Positions 30,703 to 41,115 of a stretch of 64,000 nucleotides of DNA are shown in pieces (position 1 is the first letter of the stretch; each line of letters begins with the position of its first letter). Position numbers and translations under genes: made by a program. The notes beneath the pieces are model-generated. The model ran no database searches, was not told the DNA's origin, and was given only the letters and a program-made list of their open reading frames with translations. The DNA comes from an uncultured Gemmatimonadales bacterium (lineage in GTDB: Bacteria; Gemmatimonadota; Gemmatimonadetes; Gemmatimonadales; GWC2-71-9), in assembly GCA_963825055.1 (NCBI GenBank), contig CAWGSK010000030.1, forward strand, positions 64,001 through 128,000, in the 5' to 3' direction.

Positions 30703-32088
30703 ATGCGAAGGTTCCCAGCGAGTCTGGCGGCGGGGGCGGCCCTTGCCCTCGTATTTGTCCTGCCGTCTGGCGCCGCAGCGCAGGGGTTCGGCATCTTCGA
30801 GCACGGGGCCTGCGCGATGGCCCGCGCCGGCACCTCGGTCGCGTCCACCTGCGGCGATGGCTCGGCAATCTTCTTCAACCCGGCTGGCCTCACCGGCAGC
30901 ACGGGTCAGACCCTGAGCGCGGGAGCGACGCTGATCGCCCCGAGCGGGGGGTTCACCAATGATTACACCGGCATCAAGACGGACCTGAACGACCGGGTCT
31001 ATCCAGTGCCGACACTGTTCTATACCCGCCCTGTCAATGACCGCTGGGCGGTCGGCATCGGCGTATTCGCACCCTACGGGCTGGAGACCGACTGGCCCGA
31101 GGACTTCGAGGGCCGCTTCCTCGGGTACAAGAGCCTGGTGCAGTCGTTCTACATCCAGCCCTCGGCCGCGGTGAAGGTCTACGACTGGCTCTCGGTCGGG
31201 GGTGGCCTCGACATCACCTATGTCCGGGTCAAGCTCAACCAGCACCTCGACCTGGCCACCTCGCCCACCACGACGCCCGGTGTCACCTTCGGGAACCTCG
31301 GCATCCCGGTCGGAACTGACTTCGCCGACGCGGAGCTGAGTGGGAATGCGATGAACCTCGGCGCCAACTTCGGCATCATGATCCAGGCGACGGACAGGCT
31401 CACGCTGGGGGCACGGTACATGACCCGCCAGAACGTCGAGATCACCGATGGCGAACTGAAGCTCCAGCAGATCTCCACCAACATCCTGCTCCCACAGGGG
31501 AACGCCCTCGGCCTCCCCGCCGGCACCCCTCTGGACCAGGTGCTGCAGCCCCAGTTCTCCGACCCGGGCCTGCTGACCAACCAGACGGCCTCAACCCGCA
31601 TCGCACTGCCGGACCAGATCGTCCTCGGGGCGGCCTTCCAGGCCACGCCGAAGCTGAAGCTGCTCTTCGACTGGCAGCGGACCAACTGGCAGGTGTTCGA
31701 CGCCCTGATCCTCAACTTCGAGAAACTCCCCACGAAGATCATCGCGGAGGATTACCAGCACACGAACGACTGGCGCTTTGGTGGTGAGTACGCCGTCAGC
31801 CCCAACACGATGCTCCGGGCCGGCTTCCTGACGCATGATGGCGCCGCACCGGACCAGACGGTCACGCCGAACCTTCCGGAAGGCCCCAGGTCGGAATTCA
31901 CGTTCGGCCTCGGTACCCGGCTCGGTAACGGCCTCAAGGTGGACCTCGCCTACCAGTACATCGATCAGGCCGACCGCCGGGGCCGGACCACGGACGGCGG
32001 GTTCTCCGCCCCCCCGGTCTCGGTGAACAACGGCCTCTACACCTTCAGCGCACACCTGTTCGGTGCGACGCTCACCTACGCCTTCTGA
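30703..32088 (+). CDS. OmpP1/FadL/TodX-family outer-membrane transporter
   Basis: AQGFGIFEHG...DGSAIFFNPAGL hatch motif, APYGL and terminal Phe. Confidence 0.9.
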   Translation: MRRFPASLAAGAALALVFVLPSGAAAQGFGIFEHGACAMARAGTSVASTCGDGSAIFFNPAGLTGSTGQTLSAGATLIAPSGGFTNDYTGIKTDLNDRVYPVPTLFYTRPVNDRWAVGIGVFAPYGLETDWPEDFEGRFLGYKSLVQSFYIQPSAAVKVYDWLSVGGGLDITYVRVKLNQHLDLATSPTTTPGVTFGNLGIPVGTDFADAELSGNAMNLGANFGIMIQATDRLTLGARYMTRQNVEITDGELKLQQISTNILLPQGNALGLPAGTPLDQVLQPQFSDPGLLTNQTASTRIALPDQIVLGAAFQATPKLKLLFDWQRTNWQVFDALILNFEKLPTKIIAEDYQHTNDWRFGGEYAVSPNTMLRAGFLTHDGAAPDQTVTPNLPEGPRSEFTFGLGTRLGNGLKVDLAYQYIDQADRRGRTTDGGFSAPPVSVNNGLYTFSAHLFGATLTYAF

Positions 32089-32101
32089 GGGGACGCCTAC
32101 C

Positions 32102-33352
32102 ATGAAGTTGTCGCATCTGACCGCCGCCCTCGCGCTGGCGCTGCCCCTGGTGACCGGGTGTCGTTCCGACGATGCCCTCCAGCCGCCCACCCCGAGTGGC
32201 GGGGAACTGTTTGACCGGTACGTGGCCATGGGCAACAGCATTACGGCCGGCTTCCAGTCCGCCGGCATCAATGACAGCACCCAGCGCCAGAGCTACGCCG
32301 TGCTGTTCGCCAATGCCGCCGGGACCGTCTTCAACATCCCGACCCTGCAGGGCCGCGGGTGCCCGCCGCCGTTCACCAACAACGTGCTGCAGACCCGCGT
32401 GGGCGGTGGATCGGCCAACGACTGCGACCTCCGCGCAGCCACGCCGGCCCCCCCGCTGTTCATCAACAACGTCGCGGTGCCGGGCGCCCGCGTGCAGGAA
32501 CTGCTGGACAATTTCGGCACGCCCGCATCCGCCTCGAACGCCCTGACCCTCTTCATCCTGGGCGGACGCACGCAGCTCGAAGCCATGCAGGAACTGCACC
32601 CGACCTTCGTCTCCCTGTGGATCGGGAACAACGACGTACTCGGCGCGTTGACCAGCGGCACCAACCCGGGCAACCCGGCTCTCGTGACCCCGCTGGCGAC
32701 GTTCCAGGCGCAGTACACCGAAATCCTCGACAGCATCACGGCCGAGGGAGCGGGGGCAGTCCTGATCGGGGTGGCCGATGTCAGCGCGATTCCCTACGCA
32801 TCGCGCGGGTCGGTCTACTGGTGCCTCAAGACCGGTGCGTGTCCCGGAGTGCCGGCCGCTCCTTTCCCGCCGAACTTCACCGTGGACAACAGCTGCGCCC
32901 CCGCAGCGGCCATTCCGACCGCGATCGGGGACAACACGCTCGTTCCCTGGACAATCGGTGTCGTCCGCATCCTCACTGCGGCGCAGGACGTGGGCAATCC
33001 ATACACAGTGGATTGCACAGTGGACAGTGACGTCGTGACCCCCTCCGAACTGGCCAACCTCCAGCAGGCCGTCGCCTCATACAATGCCTTCATCCAGGGC
33101 GAGGCCGCCACGCGTGGGTGGGCCTACGTGGACATCAACGCCCTGCTGGGGCCCGAGATCGGCACCCGGATTCCGCTCTTCCCGGACATCACGGGGGTGG
33201 CCACCGGCGCGCCGGTAGGCTTCGGACCACTCTTCAGCCAGGACGGAGTCCACCCCTCCGGTCTTGCGCATCAGCTCGTTGCCGATGCCATGGCCCAGAC
33301 GGTGAACGCGTTCTACGGAACGGACCTCCCGGTCCTGGTTCCAGTCCCCTGA
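32102..33352 (+). CDS. SGNH/GDSL-family hydrolase lipoprotein
   Basis: VTGC lipobox; GNSITAG, NVAVPG, WIGNND and DGVHP blocks. Confidence 0.88.
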   Translation: MKLSHLTAALALALPLVTGCRSDDALQPPTPSGGELFDRYVAMGNSITAGFQSAGINDSTQRQSYAVLFANAAGTVFNIPTLQGRGCPPPFTNNVLQTRVGGGSANDCDLRAATPAPPLFINNVAVPGARVQELLDNFGTPASASNALTLFILGGRTQLEAMQELHPTFVSLWIGNNDVLGALTSGTNPGNPALVTPLATFQAQYTEILDSITAEGAGAVLIGVADVSAIPYASRGSVYWCLKTGACPGVPAAPFPPNFTVDNSCAPAAAIPTAIGDNTLVPWTIGVVRILTAAQDVGNPYTVDCTVDSDVVTPSELANLQQAVASYNAFIQGEAATRGWAYVDINALLGPEIGTRIPLFPDITGVATGAPVGFGPLFSQDGVHPSGLAHQLVADAMAQTVNAFYGTDLPVLVPVP

Positions 33353-33377
33353 ACGCACCTGGTCCAGTCGCAGGACA

Positions 33378-33409
33378 GGGCGGGTGGGAGCTCCGGCTCC
33401 CACCCGCCC
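33378..33409 (+). terminator. Perfect 14-bp hairpin after the fadL-SGNH operon
   Basis: GGGCGGGTGGGAGC-TCCG-GCTCCCACCCGCCC; no long T tract. Confidence 0.6.
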
Positions 33410-33507
33410 ATTGCATTGCCCATGGAGTCGGCCGGTTCGGCCTCCAGTAGCATCGGCAGCCCACCCCCCACGACAACTCAGCCGATGGTCTCTCGACTGG
33501 GGTCGAC

Positions 33508-33595
33508 GCTAAACCACGGAGACACGAAGGGCGCGGAGTCACCCGTTGGGTTCCTCCGTGGAGACTCTGTGTTCTTCGTGTCTCCGTGGTTCAGC
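33508..33595 (+). repeat. Long hairpin of CACGGAG-like units immediately 3' of the GxxExxY gene
   Basis: 33512-33540 pairs with 33563-33591 over 29 bp; the 4 non-Watson-Crick pairs are all G-T on the + strand. Confidence 0.9.
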
Positions 33596-33627
33596 AGGCC
33601 TTCGGAGCGACCACAGCAAGACAGCGA

Positions 33628-34014
33628 CTACAGCAGCAGACGGCGCACCCCCCGGGTCAGGAGAGGCACGTTGAAGTTGATTAGCAGCCCGGCGGATATG
33701 CCGCTCAAACGCATATAGGTCATCAACTGGGCGGAGTGGACCGGGAGGAGACGCTCGAGCGCTTTGAGTTCGACGATCAGAACATCCTCAATCCGGAAGT
33801 CGATCGTGAAACAGTGCTGGATGTGCGTGCCTTTGTACTGCACCGGCAGAGGGACCTCGCACCTGTGATGCAGGCCCCGTAAGGTGAGTTCGTGGGACAG
33901 GCAGCGGCGGTAGGCGCTTTCCAGAAGTCCCGGACCCAGATGGCGGTGGACTTCAATCGCTGCGCCGAGCGTTCGCTCGCTGACAGTATTCGTCGGATGC
34001 TGGACCAGTCCCAT
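33628..34014 (-). CDS. GxxExxY protein (PD-(D/E)XK nuclease superfamily)
   Basis: VHRHLGPGLLESAY, IDF..E...IVELK, Q...Y and GLLINF motifs; 128 aa; GGAGG RBS. Confidence 0.93.
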   Translation of the reverse strand: MGLVQHPTNTVSERTLGAAIEVHRHLGPGLLESAYRRCLSHELTLRGLHHRCEVPLPVQYKGTHIQHCFTIDFRIEDVLIVELKALERLLPVHSAQLMTYMRLSGISAGLLINFNVPLLTRGVRRLLL

Positions 34015-34155
34015 CTTCCCTCCGCAGCCTGCAGCATTACGCCGGTGGGAGCTAACCCCGTCACCCTCATGCTGCGGGACGGCACGATTCCGTGCACGGC
34101 CCAACTTCAGCAGCCGCACCTTGTTAGCTTTGGAAACCACTTCCGGCGAGGATGC

Positions 34156-34743
34156 ATGGCCTGGACCCGTGATCGCGCAGAGGAACTGATGCTCGAGTAC
34201 ACCGCGTCGGAATCGCTGCGGAACCACATGTACTGCGTGGAACAGGCGATGCGGGCCATGGCCCGGCGGGCCGGTGCCGATGAAGAGGCATGGGGCATCG
34301 TCGGCCTCCTGCACGACTACGACTACGAACGCTTCCCCAACGATGCGCGTGCTCCCGACCGTGATCACCCGGGCGAGGGGGTCCGCCGCCTGGCCGCGGA
34401 AGGTTTCCCCGAGGAATGGCAGCAGGCGATCCTGGGCCATGCCGATTACACCGGTGTACCGCGCACGACCCCCATGGCCCATGCCCTCTTCGGCGTGGAT
34501 GAGCTCTGCGGGTTCCTGGTCGCGTGCGCGCTGGTGCGTCCCTCCAGGAGCCTGGCGGATCTCGAAGTCAGGAGCGTGAAAAAGAAGCTCAAGGACAAGG
34601 CCTTCGCCCGCGGCGTCAATCGGGATGATGTCCGGCGCGGCGCCGAGGAACTGGGCGTGGACCTCGACGCGCACATCGCTTTCCTGCTGGATGCCCTCCG
34701 GCCCCACGAGGCACGGTTTGGACTCGGCCATCCGGCACCCTGA
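34156..34743 (+). CDS. HD/HDIG-domain metal-dependent phosphohydrolase
   Basis: LRNH, GLLHDYD, DELCG and SVKKKLKDKAFARGVNR motifs. Confidence 0.9.
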   Translation: MAWTRDRAEELMLEYTASESLRNHMYCVEQAMRAMARRAGADEEAWGIVGLLHDYDYERFPNDARAPDRDHPGEGVRRLAAEGFPEEWQQAILGHADYTGVPRTTPMAHALFGVDELCGFLVACALVRPSRSLADLEVRSVKKKLKDKAFARGVNRDDVRRGAEELGVDLDAHIAFLLDALRPHEARFGLGHPAP

Positions 34744-36172
34744 GGTCGTCGCACGAGGCAGCCGGAGCCTCACGGGCTCCGATTACCTGGAGCGGGCCCT
34801 CGACCGGGCCGCAGGCTCGCGGACAATCGAGGGCAATCGTGTCCAGCTGCTGATCGACGGACCGGCCGCCTATGAGGCCATGTTCGAGGCGATCGCGAAC
34901 GCCCGCCGGACCATTCATTTCGAGAACTACATCATCCGCAGTGACGGAACCGGGCGGCGCTTCGCCGAGGCGCTGGCCGCGCGCGCGCGCGAGGGCCTCG
35001 AGGTCAGGGTCACGTACGACTGGCTGGGATCGATCGCCACCCGGTCCCGGTTCTGGCGCGCCCTGCGTGACGCGGGAGTGGAGGTACGGGCGTTCAACAC
35101 GCCCAAGCTGTTCGCGGCCTTCGCCAACATCTCCCGGGACCATCGGAAACTGGTGGTGGTGGACAGGGCCCGTGCGATCATCGGCGGGCTCTGCATCGGG
35201 GACGAGTGGGTGGGGCATCCTGATCGGGGCATCAAGCCGTGGCGGGATACCGCCATCGATATCCACGGTCCGGCCGCCGCGAGCCTGGACGATGCCTTCG
35301 GGGTAACCTGGCACGACGCGAAGAAACTGCCGGACACCCTGGACCACGACTCTGGCCGGTTCCCGGTGGCGGACCAGCCGCACGGCGAGGCCGGCGAGGC
35401 CCGGCTCCGGGTCATCGCCGGCCGGCCCGGACGGGAACGAGCCTACAAGGTCCTGGAAATCCTGGCCGCCGCGGCAGTCGAGCGCCTGTGGATCACCGAC
35501 GCCTACACCGTCCCCCCTCCCCGGCTCTTCCAGGCCTTCATTGACGCCGCCAGAGACGGCGTGGACATCCGGCTCCTCGTGCCGGGTTCCAGTGACGTCG
35601 GGGTCGTCCGGAACCTGACCCGGATCGGATACCGTGACCTGCTGCGTGCCGGCGTCCGGATCTACGAATGGCTCGGCCCGATGCTCCATGCCAAGACCCT
35701 CGTGGTCGACGGCCGGTGGGCCCGGGTCGGCACCAGCAACCTGAACGCATCCAGCCTGCTCGGAAATTACGAGCTGGACGTCATCGTGGACGACCGCCAA
35801 CTCGCCCACCGGATGGAGGACCAGTTCCGACGGGATATCGCGCGCAGCTCCGAGATCGTACGACACCAGCCCGGTCCCCCGCAGCTCCACCGGGTCCTGC
35901 CCACCCGTCTCGCCCGCCAGGTTCCGGAAGAGACCCCGGAAGGCCACCGCCGGACCCGTCGGGAGGCCCGTCGCCGGGCTGTCGTCGTCCTGTGGACCGT
36001 GGTGGTCGGCGCCCGCCGGTCCATCTACGGCCCGATCGCCCTTGTCCTGATTGCCCTGGCCGGCCTCTTCCTTGGACTCCCCCGTATCACCGCCTACCTC
36101 TTCGGCGCGATCTGCGTCTGGCTCGGCGTGGCCGCCGCCAGGGAATCGCTGCGCCGGCGGGGCCTCGACTAG
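34718..36172 (+). CDS. Cardiolipin synthase / phospholipase D family
   Basis: Two HKD motifs (HRKLVVVD, HAKTLVVD), GNRVQLL and WRDT; C-terminal TM pair; start uncertain (TTG 34718 has GAGG upstream). Confidence 0.9.
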   Translation: MDSAIRHPEVVARGSRSLTGSDYLERALDRAAGSRTIEGNRVQLLIDGPAAYEAMFEAIANARRTIHFENYIIRSDGTGRRFAEALAARAREGLEVRVTYDWLGSIATRSRFWRALRDAGVEVRAFNTPKLFAAFANISRDHRKLVVVDRARAIIGGLCIGDEWVGHPDRGIKPWRDTAIDIHGPAAASLDDAFGVTWHDAKKLPDTLDHDSGRFPVADQPHGEAGEARLRVIAGRPGRERAYKVLEILAAAAVERLWITDAYTVPPPRLFQAFIDAARDGVDIRLLVPGSSDVGVVRNLTRIGYRDLLRAGVRIYEWLGPMLHAKTLVVDGRWARVGTSNLNASSLLGNYELDVIVDDRQLAHRMEDQFRRDIARSSEIVRHQPGPPQLHRVLPTRLARQVPEETPEGHRRTRREARRRAVVVLWTVVVGARRSIYGPIALVLIALAGLFLGLPRITAYLFGAICVWLGVAAARESLRRRGLD

Positions 36173-36222
36173 GCCCGGGTGGCCCGGTTCAACGCCAGGC
36201 CCTGCTGATGCGTAACTCCCAC

Positions 36223-36762
36223 GTGGACGATGCCGATCTTGCCACCCGTGCCGCCGGTGGGGACGGTGACGCGTTTGGGGAGCTGGTGGCACGGCACGCC
36301 CCGGCCGTCCGTCGGGTCGCCCGCGCCGCGCTCCAGAACGAGGCCGACGCCGATGACGCGGCGCAGGAGGCGTTCCTGAAGGCGTGGCAGCACCTGGATC
36401 GCTACGACCCGTCCCGGCCGTTCGGCCCCTGGCTGATGCGGATCGTGGTCAACGCGGCGGCGGACCTGCGCCGGCGCCGCCGGGTCCGCCAGGGAGACGA
36501 ACTGCCGGAATCGCTTGCCGGTGGCGGGGCTTCACCCGCACAGGATACGGAGCGGGCGATCCTGCGGGCCAGGCTGGACCAGGCCCTGAAGACCTTGCCG
36601 GAGCGGCAGCGGATCGCCGTCACGATGTTCGATGCCGAGGGCTACTCACACGCGGACATCGCGGAGGCGCTCGAAATCCCTGAAGGCACGGTTCGCTCCG
36701 ACGTCTTTCACGGCCGGCGCGCCCTGCGCGGACACTTGAGCATGTACCGGGAGGAAGGATGA
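36223..36762 (+). CDS. ECF RNA polymerase sigma factor
   Basis: DADDAAQEAF, PWLMRIVVN and YSHADIA...PEGTVRS; start GTG 36223 or ATG 36208. Confidence 0.92.
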   Translation: MDDADLATRAAGGDGDAFGELVARHAPAVRRVARAALQNEADADDAAQEAFLKAWQHLDRYDPSRPFGPWLMRIVVNAAADLRRRRRVRQGDELPESLAGGGASPAQDTERAILRARLDQALKTLPERQRIAVTMFDAEGYSHADIAEALEIPEGTVRSDVFHGRRALRGHLSMYREEG

Positions 36763-37103
36763 CCAACCCGTTCGGCGCGGAACGCGACGAGGCCCTGGGG
36801 CGGATGCTCAGGGAGCATTACACGGCGGGGGACCACGAGGCCTTCGTGGACAGCGTGCTTGCCCTTACCCGGGGGCAGCCCGCGTCGGCGTTCGAAGTGC
36901 TTGCCGGCTGGATCCGCCCCTGGGTGGCTGTCGCGGCCCTGCTGACGCTGGTGGTCCTGGGATGGTCCCTCTCCCGTAACCAGGCCGCGGATCTGGTCCG
37001 GCTCGACGAAGTTGTCCGGCCGGGCGATGCCCCGGCCAGCCTCTTCGCCTCGGAAAGCCTGGACCAGGACGGTGTTCTCGCCGTCGCCCTGGGCGAGCCA
37101 TGA
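36759..37103 (+). CDS. Putative small membrane anti-sigma factor
   Basis: ATGA-coupled to the sigma gene; single TM helix; 114 aa. Confidence 0.6.
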   Translation: MTNPFGAERDEALGRMLREHYTAGDHEAFVDSVLALTRGQPASAFEVLAGWIRPWVAVAALLTLVVLGWSLSRNQAADLVRLDEVVRPGDAPASLFASESLDQDGVLAVALGEP

Positions 37104-37140
37104 TGGCCGCCCGTGAACGCAGGAAAGGATCGACTCCCGT

Positions 37141-37533
37141 ATGACCGGATCCACCTGGCGCGCCGCGGCCCTGCTGCTGCTCGTCTTCATCCTCGGTGGC
37201 GTGGCCGGCTCGGCCGTCACGGCGACCGTCGAACGCGGCCGGCGTCCATCCGGAGATCACCCGGAGCGGCGGGAGCGCCGCGGCTCCTATATCGACATGC
37301 TCGCCCACGAGCTGGACCTGACCACGGTGCAGCGCGACAGCGTGCGTGTCATCCTCGATCGGTACCGCCCGGCCATGGATTCGCTGTGGCACGCAACCCG
37401 GCCACGCTTTGAAACTTTGCAGGAGCGGATTCGTTCGGACATCCGCTCACAGCTCACGCCTGAACAGGTCACCGAGTACAACGACATGCTCCGCCGCTTC
37501 GATGCCGAGCGGCGCGCCAGGGAATCCCGCTGA
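37141..37533 (+). CDS. Periplasmic helical Spy/CpxP/heavy-metal-sensor-like protein
   Basis: N-terminal TM helix; LDLT..Q and LTPEQ motifs. Confidence 0.7.
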   Translation: MTGSTWRAAALLLLVFILGGVAGSAVTATVERGRRPSGDHPERRERRGSYIDMLAHELDLTTVQRDSVRVILDRYRPAMDSLWHATRPRFETLQERIRSDIRSQLTPEQVTEYNDMLRRFDAERRARESR

Positions 37534-38837
37534 TGCGTTACCTTCGCCCGCTGTTTCTGTCGCTTGTCCTGACCCTGCCCGCCAGCCTCCCGGCGCAGCA
37601 GGCTGTCCCCTCCGTGACCCTGGAAGAGGCCATCCAGATGGCCGAGCGTGTCCAGCCGTCGGTCGTGCAGGCCCAGGGCAGTATCCGCAATGCCGAGGCG
37701 GGAGTGCGTGCCTCGTGGGGAGCCTACCTTCCGAACGTCACCGCCAATTCGAGCGGATCGCAGAACTTCAGCGAGTTCGCCCGGCCCGACCCGGTCACCG
37801 GTGAGATCAACAGCGGGAACTCCAGCACCCGCAGCGTGAACATGGGGCTCTCCGCCAGCGTGGATCTCTTTACGGGGTTCCAGCGTGGCGCCGACCTGCG
37901 CGCCGCACGCGCCACCACGACCGCCGCCGAGGCGAACCTCGTGGACGCCCGGTTCCAGACCAGGCTCAGCGTGACCCAGGAGTATTTCAACGCGCTCTCG
38001 AACCTCCAGCTCGTGGCCGTGCGCGAGGCGAGTGTCCGCCGGGCCGAGGAGCAGCTCAAGATCTCGGTCGCCAAGCTCGCCTCGGGGAGCGCCACCCGGT
38101 CCGACTCGTTGCGGTCCCTGGTGACGCTCGGCAACGCCAGGCTCCAGCTGGTGAACAACCAGGCCGCACTCGCCCAGGCCGAGGCCAACCTTGGCCGGCT
38201 GGTCGGCATGGACGGGCGGGTCGCCCCGGTAGAGGACTCCACGCGCTATGCGGAGGTCACCCTTGCGGATACCGTGGCGCTGATCGCCGAGGCGACGGCC
38301 CAGTCCCCGCGGGTGCAGAGCGCGGAAGCGAGCGCGGACGCGGCCGCGGCCCAGCTCAAGGCGGCTAAGTCCGACTACTGGCCGTCGCTTACGCTGAGCG
38401 GGAATTACAACTACAGCGGCAGCAACACCAGCGATTACCACCTCTTCAACTCGCGAAACGTCACGCTTCGGCTGTCGTGGCCGCTCTTCAATGGGTTCAA
38501 CCGCGAGCGGTCCATCGTGGTTCAGGCCAGCAATGCCGAGACGGCCAACGCCCAGGCCGCGGATGCGCGCCGCCAGATTCGCGCGGCCCTGACGGCCCAG
38601 TTGGCCAACCTCGACGCGGCCCGTCTCCGGATCGAGATCACCGGTACGAGCGTCCGGGCAGCCGAGGAGGACCTCCGGGTCCAGCGCGAGCGGTACCGGC
38701 TCGGCGCGGCCACCATCGTGGAGGTGCTGACGTCGCAGGAAGCGCTCGACCAGGCGGAAGCCGACGTCGTGAGCGCGCGGTTCGACTACCTCCAGGCGAA
38801 AGCCCAGATCGAAGCCCTCATCGGAAGGCCGTTATGA
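37533..38837 (+). CDS. TolC-family outer-membrane protein
   Basis: Signal peptide, VTLEEAI, two OEP repeats (YLPNV, YWPSL) and RYRLG. Confidence 0.92.
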   Translation: MRYLRPLFLSLVLTLPASLPAQQAVPSVTLEEAIQMAERVQPSVVQAQGSIRNAEAGVRASWGAYLPNVTANSSGSQNFSEFARPDPVTGEINSGNSSTRSVNMGLSASVDLFTGFQRGADLRAARATTTAAEANLVDARFQTRLSVTQEYFNALSNLQLVAVREASVRRAEEQLKISVAKLASGSATRSDSLRSLVTLGNARLQLVNNQAALAQAEANLGRLVGMDGRVAPVEDSTRYAEVTLADTVALIAEATAQSPRVQSAEASADAAAAQLKAAKSDYWPSLTLSGNYNYSGSNTSDYHLFNSRNVTLRLSWPLFNGFNRERSIVVQASNAETANAQAADARRQIRAALTAQLANLDAARLRIEITGTSVRAAEEDLRVQRERYRLGAATIVEVLTSQEALDQAEADVVSARFDYLQAKAQIEALIGRPL

Positions 38838-39589
38838 CCGCCGGAATCGAAACGACCGCCGAACGCATGGCGGCGCTGCCGCCCGACGTTCCGCGTGACG
38901 CCGTCATTGTCACCAGGAACCTGATGCGCCACTACGTGATGGGCAGCGAGGTCGTGCGCGCCCTGAACGGCGTTGACATTGCCATCCGCAAGAACGAATT
39001 CGTGGCCATCATGGGCCCGTCAGGCTCGGGCAAGTCGACCCTGATGAACCTGATCGGTTGCCTGGACACGCCCACCGAGGGCGAATACTGGCTGAACGGG
39101 TACCGGGTCTCCGAGCTCAAGGATGACGACCTGGCCCGGATCCGGAACCGCGAGATCGGGTTCGTCTTCCAGACGTTCAACCTGCTGCCCCGGGCTACCG
39201 CCCTCCACAATGTGGAACTGCCGCTCATCTATGCCGGCACCGGCAGCCGTGAGCGTCGGGCGCAGGCCGAGAGCGCCCTGACCCGGGTGGGCCTGGGAGA
39301 CCGGATGCACCACCGGCCCAACGAACTGTCAGGCGGGCAGCGGCAGCGCGTGGCCATCGCCCGCGCCCTCGTGAACGAGCCGAGTATCCTGCTGGCCGAC
39401 GAGCCGACGGGCAACCTGGACTCCGCCACGGGCGTGGAGATCATGGCGCTCTTCGAGGCGCTGCACGACGAGGGACAGACGATCATCATCGTCACCCATG
39501 AGCATGACATTGCCGAGCACGCCCGCCGCCAGGTTCACATTCTGGACGGGCGGGTCGAGCGTGACTTCCTGACGGAGCGCCCGGCGTAG
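38834..39589 (+). CDS. ABC transporter ATP-binding protein (MacB/LolD-like)
   Basis: [26 protein letters not shown] and ADEPTGNLD motifs. Confidence 0.95.
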   Translation: MTAGIETTAERMAALPPDVPRDAVIVTRNLMRHYVMGSEVVRALNGVDIAIRKNEFVAIMGPSGSGKSTLMNLIGCLDTPTEGEYWLNGYRVSELKDDDLARIRNREIGFVFQTFNLLPRATALHNVELPLIYAGTGSRERRAQAESALTRVGLGDRMHHRPNELSGGQRQRVAIARALVNEPSILLADEPTGNLDSATGVEIMALFEALHDEGQTIIIVTHEHDIAEHARRQVHILDGRVERDFLTERPA

Positions 39590-39621
39590 GCCGGGCTTCA
39601 CGGAGAGAAACGAGCATCAAC

Positions 39622-41115
39622 ATGCAGAACCGCTACCTCATCGCCTCCCTGCTGCTCCTCGTCGCCTGCGACAAGCCGGAGCCGCTGCCGGTCTACCAGG
39701 CCGTGCCCGTCACCAACCGTGACATCATCGTCTCGGTCCAGGCCGCCGGCGTGATCCAGCCGGATACGACCGTCGAGGTGAAGTCCAAGGCCTCGGGCGA
39801 GATCCTGGACATGCTGGTCGAAACCGGTGCCCAGGTGAAGCGCGGCGACCTCATGGTTCGCGTCGACCCGCGGGTCCCGCGGAATAACATGGCGCAGGCC
39901 CAGGCACAACTTGACGTGGCCAAGGCACGCCTCCAGAACGCGGAGTCCCAGAAGCGCCGGGCCGACGAGCTCTTCAAGAGCCAGTCGATCACGGAGACGG
40001 AGCACGAGGGCGCCCAGCTCGACTACGCCAACGCCAGGGCCGCGGTCATCCAGGCCGAGGTCCAGGTCGAGACGGCCCGGATCGAGCTCGAGGACACCGA
40101 CGTCCGCGCCCCGATCACGGGCACCGTGATTGAGAAGAGCGTCGAGCGCGGGCAGGTCATCTCGTCCCCAACGCGTGACGTGGGGGGTGGCACCGTGCTC
40201 CTGCGCATGGCCGACCTGGAGCTGGTCCAGGTCCGGACCCTGGTGGACGAGACCGACATCGGCAAGATCCAGAAGGGCCTCGAGGCCAGCGTCACGGTGG
40301 ACGCGTACCCGAACCAGCCGTTCCGGGGAGAGGTCCTGAAAATCGAGCCGCTGGCCGAGACCCAGCAGAACGTCACGATGTTCCCAGTCCTGGTCAGGAT
40401 CCAGAACCGCCAGGGCCTGCTGCGCCCCGGCATGAATGCCGAAGTGGAGATCCACGTCGGCAACCGGCAGGACGTGCTTGCCGTCCCGAACGCGGCGCTC
40501 CGCACCCGCCAGGATGTCGCGTCCGCCGCCCAGGTTCTCGGCCTTGACCCGGCCGATGTCCAGAAGGAACTGGCCGAGGCGAGCCAGCCGGCCTCCCTGG
40601 GAGCGCGGAACGCCGGCGACAGCACCGTGAAGGATTCGACCGCCGCGGCACCGAAGGGCAATACGATGACCATGCCGAACGGCACGACGGTCACGCTGCC
40701 CGAGGGCGTCGCCGAAGCTGACGTGCGCAAGGCATTCGAGAAGCTGCGGAGCGGCCAGGAGCTCACCGCCGCCGAGCGGGGGGTCATGCAGAAGATGCGT
40801 TCGGCGTTCGGGAGCGGCGGCGGCGGCCGCCGGTCGTCCGCCGGCGCCAACAACTACCAGTTCGGCGGCAGCTATATCGTCTTCGTCCTGCGGAACGACC
40901 GGCCCACCCCGGTCAGCGTGCGGACGGGCCTCACCGACCTGGACTACAGCGAGGTGGTCAGCGGACTCACGGCCAGTGACTCGGTGCTGGTGCTGCCGTC
41001 AGCCAGCCTGGTCCAGAGCCAGCAGGAATTCCAGGAGCGCATCAACCGCGTGACCGGTGGCGCCACTGGAGGCCTCCGGAACAGCAACAGCAGTACGTCG
41101 GGAGGGAATCGCTGA
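39622..41115 (+). CDS. Efflux periplasmic adaptor (MacA-like lipoprotein)
   Basis: LVAC lipobox, VEVKSKASG, APITGTV, VDETDI and LRPGM motifs. Confidence 0.92.
   Translation: MQNRYLIASLLLLVACDKPEPLPVYQAVPVTNRDIIVSVQAAGVIQPDTTVEVKSKASGEILDMLVETGAQVKRGDLMVRVDPRVPRNNMAQAQAQLDVAKARLQNAESQKRRADELFKSQSITETEHEGAQLDYANARAAVIQAEVQVETARIELEDTDVRAPITGTVIEKSVERGQVISSPTRDVGGGTVLLRMADLELVQVRTLVDETDIGKIQKGLEASVTVDAYPNQPFRGEVLKIEPLAETQQNVTMFPVLVRIQNRQGLLRPGMNAEVEIHVGNRQDVLAVPNAALRTRQDVASAAQVLGLDPADVQKELAEASQPASLGARNAGDSTVKDSTAAAPKGNTMTMPNGTTVTLPEGVAEADVRKAFEKLRSGQELTAAERGVMQKMRSAFGSGGGGRRSSAGANNYQFGGSYIVFVLRNDRPTPVSVRTGLTDLDYSEVVSGLTASDSVLVLPSASLVQSQQEFQERINRVTGGATGGLRNSNSSTSGGNR

Noticed and set aside
33628..34773. 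381-aa minus-strand ORF read as a GxxExxY fusion protein
   Set aside because: The N-terminal part is the antisense shadow of the HD gene; a good RBS and ATG at 34014 define a normal 128-aa protein.
39579..39596. GCCCGGC-GTAG-GCCGGGC hairpin inside the exporter operon as a terminator
   Set aside because: The stem is short, overlaps the stop codon and has no T tract; at most a stability element.
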